Shown here piece by piece: positions 58,413 through 64,000 of a stretch of DNA of 64,000 nt. The position numbers and the translations under genes were made by a program. The notes below the pieces were generated by a model that searched no databases, was not told the origin of the DNA, and worked only from the letters and a program-made list of their open reading frames with translations. Every line of letters begins with the position of its first letter. The first letter of the stretch is position 1. Source of the stretch: Vicugna vicugna (lineage: Eukaryota); assembly GCA_013265495.1 (NCBI GenBank), contig MU058844.1, forward strand, positions 8,183,260 to 8,247,259, written 5' to 3'.

Positions 58413-61305
58413 CCTTAAAGGGCCAAGGTGTGTCTTATTCAAGTGTTCAACATGGACTAAACACTGTTTAAAACACTGGCCACTATGATTCTTATAGTCA
58501 CCGCCATATTCATTCACACAATAAGCATTTATCAAACAACTTTCTAGGTATCATTTTTAATCAACCAAAGAGAAGACGTACTAAGGATCATTTTACTAAT
58601 TTTTTTTTTCATCACCTACCAAAACAGCTACCACTGATATTTAAATAACTAACAACAATAGCTGGTTCTACTTGGCCAGAACAGCCTCAAAGTGTTTAAA
58701 CATTTGGTGGTAAATGATCTGGAAATCTCACTCCATGTGAAAGAGAGCATATTCAACTCTCACGTTTTCATACTAAGTCAACAGACAATTCATTCCAAGT
58801 GTCAGAGGAAAATGTTCCCAAGTCTGAAACAAAACTCATCACACAGCATTAAAACTTGAAAAATGTTATGAAACTAAAATGAACACAAGAGCCAATCGTT
58901 GTTTATATCTATTTAAGAGAGGAAGTAAGTATTAATAATTCTTAATGCATTCATTTGGAAAGCAAAACTCTCCGCCACTCAGTAAGTGATCACAAAAGTT
59001 AACAGGCAACAGATCACTCTTCTCAATCAAAATCACAGGAAATACCCTCATAAACTAACTGGAAGGTAGGAAGTCTGATGAGGCAGCTAAAACCACAGGG
59101 TAAAAGTCAATTCCTCCTTGATATTCCACTCCAACTACTCACCACAGGAAAAGATGTAGTGTTACGAATAATTAAGACGCTCTGATTTATTCACTAGAGA
59201 TAATATAGGTTTGTCCCTGGCATACTAATTTAGGGGAACAAAATCATTTCTGCCATTTGTCCTTTGCAAACTTGCAGATGGATAGAAAAGGAAAAAAAAT
59301 AATTATAGTAGATCAAATGACTTGCACTATTTTATTTAACTTGGAACTATTAGGAATTTCTAAGAGAAGCAAAAGGAAAAACACCAAAGTAATTCAATGC
59401 CTCCTGTAAATTACCATTGGGAAAGTTGAGAACGCAAAGCTTGCTTCCCATACCAGTGGGCTTTCCTCCCTTCTCCCAACATATATTTATTATTCCATAT
59501 CACTGCCTAAAATGCTTTCTTTTGAATGTGATCCTCTGAAGGACATCAGGGAACTGTCTCCCTTGGGGGCTCTGATATTTCTTCTTTCAAATGCATTTAA
59601 AAAAGTTCAGTAGGGTGATGGTGGCTTCCTATCAGGAATTTTGAGCGTCACAGATTTAAATCTCTCTACAATCAGATTTGTAGTTGGAAACTTCTGTGTT
59701 GTTTTAATCTTTAACTTCTATTTATCCATTTTTATATCCCAGACTATTTGTAATATGTATATAAACAAAACCAAGAGGCAAGCCTATCATGTTGCTTACA
59801 GTGGCATGTACTTCCTGCTCCTTTCCTGGGGTAGGGAGAGCTGCCTTCCATCTTAAATAAATCTATTAATCATGTGGCTGTTCTTCAAAGTTTCCCACAG
59901 AGCGGTTGCTTCAGAGCAGTAAACAGAACTGTCCAGTCTCCCAGGGTGGATGCTCTGTGTGTATGTTCAAACTCATTTCTAAACAGAGCTACACATAACA
60001 ATTTTAATCATTAACATGACTATCCCTGTAGTGTCATTTCAGACCTGACATTTAAAAAAAAACATGTTACAGATTATTCAGTTGAACATAATATAGGAAA
60101 AAATTATTTGGCCAAATCAGTGTTACATTTACCATTATTTAACTTTATCATTACATCAATGTAAATTAAGTTTCTTCAAAGGGTGGGGATTAAACAATAC
60201 CATAATTTTACAATTCTAGACAAAATTTTATTAAGGAAAAGATTCATGGCATTGGCCGCTCAACACTTACAGCTATTCAGCACAATTTCTTAATGGAAGT
60301 ACTATCCTCTCAGTTCGATCAGTATTACCTCCCCTTGGACATTTTATTTTAATGGTCATAAATTCTAACTCATCTTTAGTTGCTTATATTTCATATGATT
60401 TAAGAACATCTCAAATCATGGATATATTAATGTATAAAAGCGGAGCACTTGTTGTTTTGTAAGGTAAAAGGAAGATTAATAAGTCTGCCTACTCTATGTA
60501 TCTTAAAAGCTATATAACTGGGACATTCATTAAAGACTTCACGTCAGCTTGGATTAATTAGAAGCAACCAAGATTTTCCTTTTCCAATTATCTATTCTTA
60601 GGTAAAGTCTATTGTTTCGGATACACATCAAATAGCAAGTGGCAATCTTGGTTTGTACTTCTCAGAAAGATTAACATGCTAGCAATAATATAGCAATCAT
60701 GGGACGAAATATCCATCATGGGAATAATGCCAAGACCATAGAAAATGTTAGCCTTTCCTTAGCCTTTTCAGACAAGACTGTGGAAGGAAAACACGATGGA
60801 GGAAAGATTTGAAATAAAAAAGTCATTCTGATATTATGCGGCAGTTGCCCTCACCATTTACATTACTGGAAAGCATGCATAATAGAACACAACAGCTAAA
60901 AAGAACGATTATAAAGCCACTGAAATCAAAGAGGAATTAAACAAAAAAGTCAAAACTGGCGGACTTGATTACATGAACACAGAGTAATGGTACTTTATTG
61001 ATGCTGGAAGATGTTTAAAGCAACTCTAAGACAAAAAGAAATTCTGTTCTTTATACATAGGAAATGTTTGTCAAAAATAAGTTAATCACTTTGACAACTT
61101 GATAATTATTTTAATAAATGAGGAAATGAAAGAACTATTGAGAAGAATGGCTGGATGCTAACCTAAAATAACATTTAAATGTAGTCAAAACAGTATTCAA
61201 AGTGAAGTTTAACTTTGAATTTTCGGTACCATTTATTTCCATTTATGTTCTATTGCTCCCTTCCAAGGTACCTCAATGGAAAAGAAAAGCCCTGCACCAG
61301 GTGTG

Positions 61306-62333
61306 CAGGGCCTGGGCTATGGTGAGGTGAGAAAGGCTTTTATCTCAGGTGCAAAATTTAAAACTCAGTAATCAAGATCAAGAAATTAATATAATACTGT
61401 AAAAAATAAAGTTAATGTTAAAAAAAAACATTTAAATAAACACAAGATCAGTATTATAACTGAGCAGGATCTTATAGGGTCTTCCCGGGACAGACCTCCC
61501 ATATCCTCTGCCTGCTTCTTGTTTATAGAAAAGCTGTCGTCTCCTAGGCCTCTCCTAGGCCTCTCTGGAGTTACAAAAGCCTGGCTCAGGAATTAATGAT
61601 TGAAAGGATTTGAACAGGTAGTAACAAAAGTAGCAGCTGGACCAGGAGAACTGGTAACAATTCAAACAGTAAATCAGCCATATGACAGTCACAGAATCTT
61701 TAGTTCCTGCCTGAAGTACATAGATAACAGTATCTGATGCATGTTTTACACATACTACAACCTCCACCAAATGGAAGAAGTTAACTACATGATTACTATG
61801 AGTGTGTAACCCCTAGACCAGCTGCAGCCTGAGAATTGATAATCTTAAATCCTGTGACACCACCATCAGCCAATCACAGAACTGTGCACAAGCTGATCTT
61901 ATACCTTGTGACCCTCCTCCTTCACCTGGTCTTTAAAATCACTTCCCTGACACCCATCAAGGAGCACAGGCCTTCTGAGCATCAGCTGTTTGGCGCCTTA
62001 AAATAAACACTGCACTTTGCTCCACCACAACCCTGTGTCAGTAGATGCGTTAGCTTTCCTGTGAGCCGGTGAGCGGACCTGTTTGGTTTGGTAATGGTGT
62101 TACTGACTTTTTCTTTTGCCTCAAACCAAAATGTGGCTCATTCAGCACAACTGGTTACTGATCCTTCCTTTAATGTGATATTTGGTTTGTTATGGAATTT
62201 TTGCATTGACTTGACTGATGATTACATTAGCATACAATGTATCTTATTATGATAGTTTTGGGCACTATCCCCTCCCTCTAAAATTTCGTGCTCAGGGCAA
62301 GTATCTCCTTCACTTCCTCCTAGTCTCAGCCTG
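61306..62333. mobile_element. MER96B-like hAT MITE split by an LTR insertion
   Basis: Left arm caggg...ggtgaggtgag...gtgcaaaatttaaaactcagtaatcaagat. Right arm tactgactttttcttttgcctca...aaatttcgtgctcagggc...cctagtctcagcctg. The arms are mutually inverted. Confidence 0.75.
61455..62096 (+). mobile_element. ERV1-class solo LTR
   Basis: Starts tataactgagcagg (TGTAAC-like). CCAAT at about 61870, AATAAA at about 62002, ends tttggtaatg. Near-TSD GTAT/GTGT. Confidence 0.78.
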
Positions 62334-62762
62334 CAGTTTAGGATTCAATAAGTATCTGTTGAATGAGGGACAGAAGGTGCAAATTAACCTATGTCAATAT
62401 TTCCTTGCCACCTGCAACAAATCCCAGGCTCTTTCAATATACTCCCTTGATAGCTCCATTTATACGCACCCTTCTTTGTCACATACTTTATTTATATTAC
62501 CTCTAATTCTCCTAAGAACACTTCCAGGTAAATATAACTCCTCCTATTTTATGACTGAGGAAATGAGTTTCTGACAGTGGCTTGCTCACAACACAGGCCC
62601 TCAGTAAATACTGGTTGGATAATAATGACAAAGCCAATAAGCAGAGACCTAAACTTTACCCCAAGTACACGTCCCTCCAGCTCACCAATCGTCAACCCCA
62701 TGCAGGCATTTTAAACTTCTCTAGCTGGATTTTGGTGTTCCTCTTCTATTTCCAGTAACAGA

Positions 62763-63168
62763 TGTGGGAGACAGAATACTAGTATGACCCTCACGACCTC
62801 TGCCCCTTGGTGTCATTGCTGTGATCATGGCAAAAGACTGATGATACAGGTTGGACTAATCTAATCAATGAACCCTTCAAAGGCAAAGAGTTGTCTGTGG
62901 TTGGTGACAGAAGGGGAGGTCGGAGAGATCCCAAACACGAGCACTTGACACACCACTGTTGGCTTTGCAGAGCACTGCCCTCAGCAAGGAGATGGGAACT
63001 TCAGACCTACAACCACAAGGACTGGACTCAGCCAACAACCTATCTTTCCCAGAACCTCCAGATAAAAGCCCAGCTGATTCCTTGACTTCATCCTTATTAG
63101 ACTCTCCGCAGAGAACACAGCCAGGCCTGCTCAGGCTTATAGTAATTATGCAGCAACATAAAACGTAC
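62763..63168 (+). mobile_element. MaLR LTR (MLT1D/E-like)
   Basis: tgtgggagacagaat start; cagcaaggagatgggaacttcagacctacaaccacaagga; gccaacaacc; cccagaacctccaga. Confidence 0.8.
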
Positions 63169-63414
63169 ATATCAACTCCAGCATAACTTCCTCGTAATAT
63201 TACCAAGCATGACGATTACCCATTCACCTGAGCCCCTTAGTATTAAGGCCTCGGGATGTGCCCACACACCCTGGTGTGATTTGCCCAAGGTCAGATACAT
63301 TATGGGGGCACAACTGCTGCTGAAAAGATAAATAAATTCACACACTGGTTCTTCAATAAAATTTTAAGGTTTTGACAGTAAAGATGAGAAGGAAGCAACT
63401 TATGTCTAACTTAC

Positions 63415-63455
63415 CTCAATTAGCATCTGTGGGCTAAACTTTGCCACTTCATATC
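63415..63455 (-). other. Candidate 41-nt exon
   Basis: Minus strand reads tctgtgttccttcgattgcataccag|GATATGAAG...CTAATTGAG|gtaagt. The donor is perfect and the acceptor moderate. Confidence 0.3.
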
Positions 63456-63754
63456 CTGGTATGCAATCGAAGGAACACAGATTTCATAGGCCAGTTCCAC
63501 TACTATGTAAACTCGGGCTATTTACTTGGTTAAACCTCAGCTTCATTTTATACTCTATAAAAAACTATGCAAGTTTAGATATATGCACAGTGTCCCCCAC
63601 AAAGAAGACACATAAAATATCCCTAATGTCACCACATTCTTATTTTTCTTCACTCTAATTGCCCTGCCTTCCAGCTTCTTCATGGCCATCAGGCTAACAC
63701 CCAGTATCATAATCTCTGAAAAACCTTCCCTCATAACTACTTCTACCTTCCCCT

Positions 63755-64000
63755 CATGCACTGTTGGTGAGAGTGTAAATTGGTACAGCCACTGTAAAAA
63801 CAGAACCACCACATAATCCGGCAATCCCACTTCTGGGTATTTACCTGAAAAAAATAAAAACACTAATTCAAAAAGATACATGCACTCCTATGTTCACTGC
63901 AGCACTATTTACAAAAGCCAACCTAAGCATCCATTAACAGATGAATGAATAAAGAAGATGCCTTACACAAACACACACAGGAATATTATTTAGCCATGAA
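63755..64000 (+). mobile_element. L1 ORF2 3' region, running off the window
   Basis: cactgttggtgagagtgtaaattggtacagccact...gcaatcccacttctgggtat...aaaagatacatgcac...gcagcactatttaca. Confidence 0.9.

Larger units (their letters stand above)
1..64000 (-). other. Probable long intronic region of an unidentified minus-strand gene or lncRNA (camelid genome)
   Basis: There is no host-like ORF. The + strand looks A-rich (T-rich on minus, typical of the transcribed strand; judged by eye, not counted). The best splice-site-bounded exon candidates are all on minus. Vic-1-type SINEs indicate Camelidae. Confidence 0.55.

Noticed and set aside
1..64000. Search by eye for known miRNA, snoRNA, snRNA or mitochondrial insertions
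   Set aside because: I recognised none. An Infernal/Rfam scan and miRBase/mtDNA BLAST would be needed to exclude them.

Overview
This window is mammalian, AT-rich, CpG-poor genomic DNA, almost certainly from a camelid (alpaca, vicuna, llama or camel). It carries five tRNA-Ala-derived Vic-1-type SINE heads and about 14 truncated cetartiodactyl-type L1 3' ends, and I saw no ruminant Bov-tA/BovB or pig PRE-1 SINEs. I found no credible host protein-coding ORF. The only recognisable peptides in the ORF track are L1 ORF2p C-terminal remnants. The window looks like one or more long introns of an unidentified minus-strand transcription unit. The + strand appears A-rich by eye, and there is one very well-formed 49-nt minus-strand exon (22247-22295) plus weaker candidates (1241-1334, 6409-6425, 57389-57540, 63415-63455). 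Much of the rest is layered transposon fossils: L1, L2, MIR, MaLR, four ERV1-type solo LTRs and hAT/Tigger elements, several of them nested. The most notable structures are: a 121-bp locally templated duplicate inside an L1 microsatellite beside an assembly gap; two opposite-strand L1s inserted at one TTTT/AAAA site; a twin-primed L1; a MER41-like LTR with an N4-spaced STAT motif; a palindromic CLEAR E-box at USF/NF-Y spacing from a CCAAT box; and a G-quadruplex nearly identical to c-MYC Myc2345. I do not see evidence for a genuinely new biological system. Repeat family names are from my recollection of consensus sequences, not from alignments, and boundaries of old repeats are approximate.
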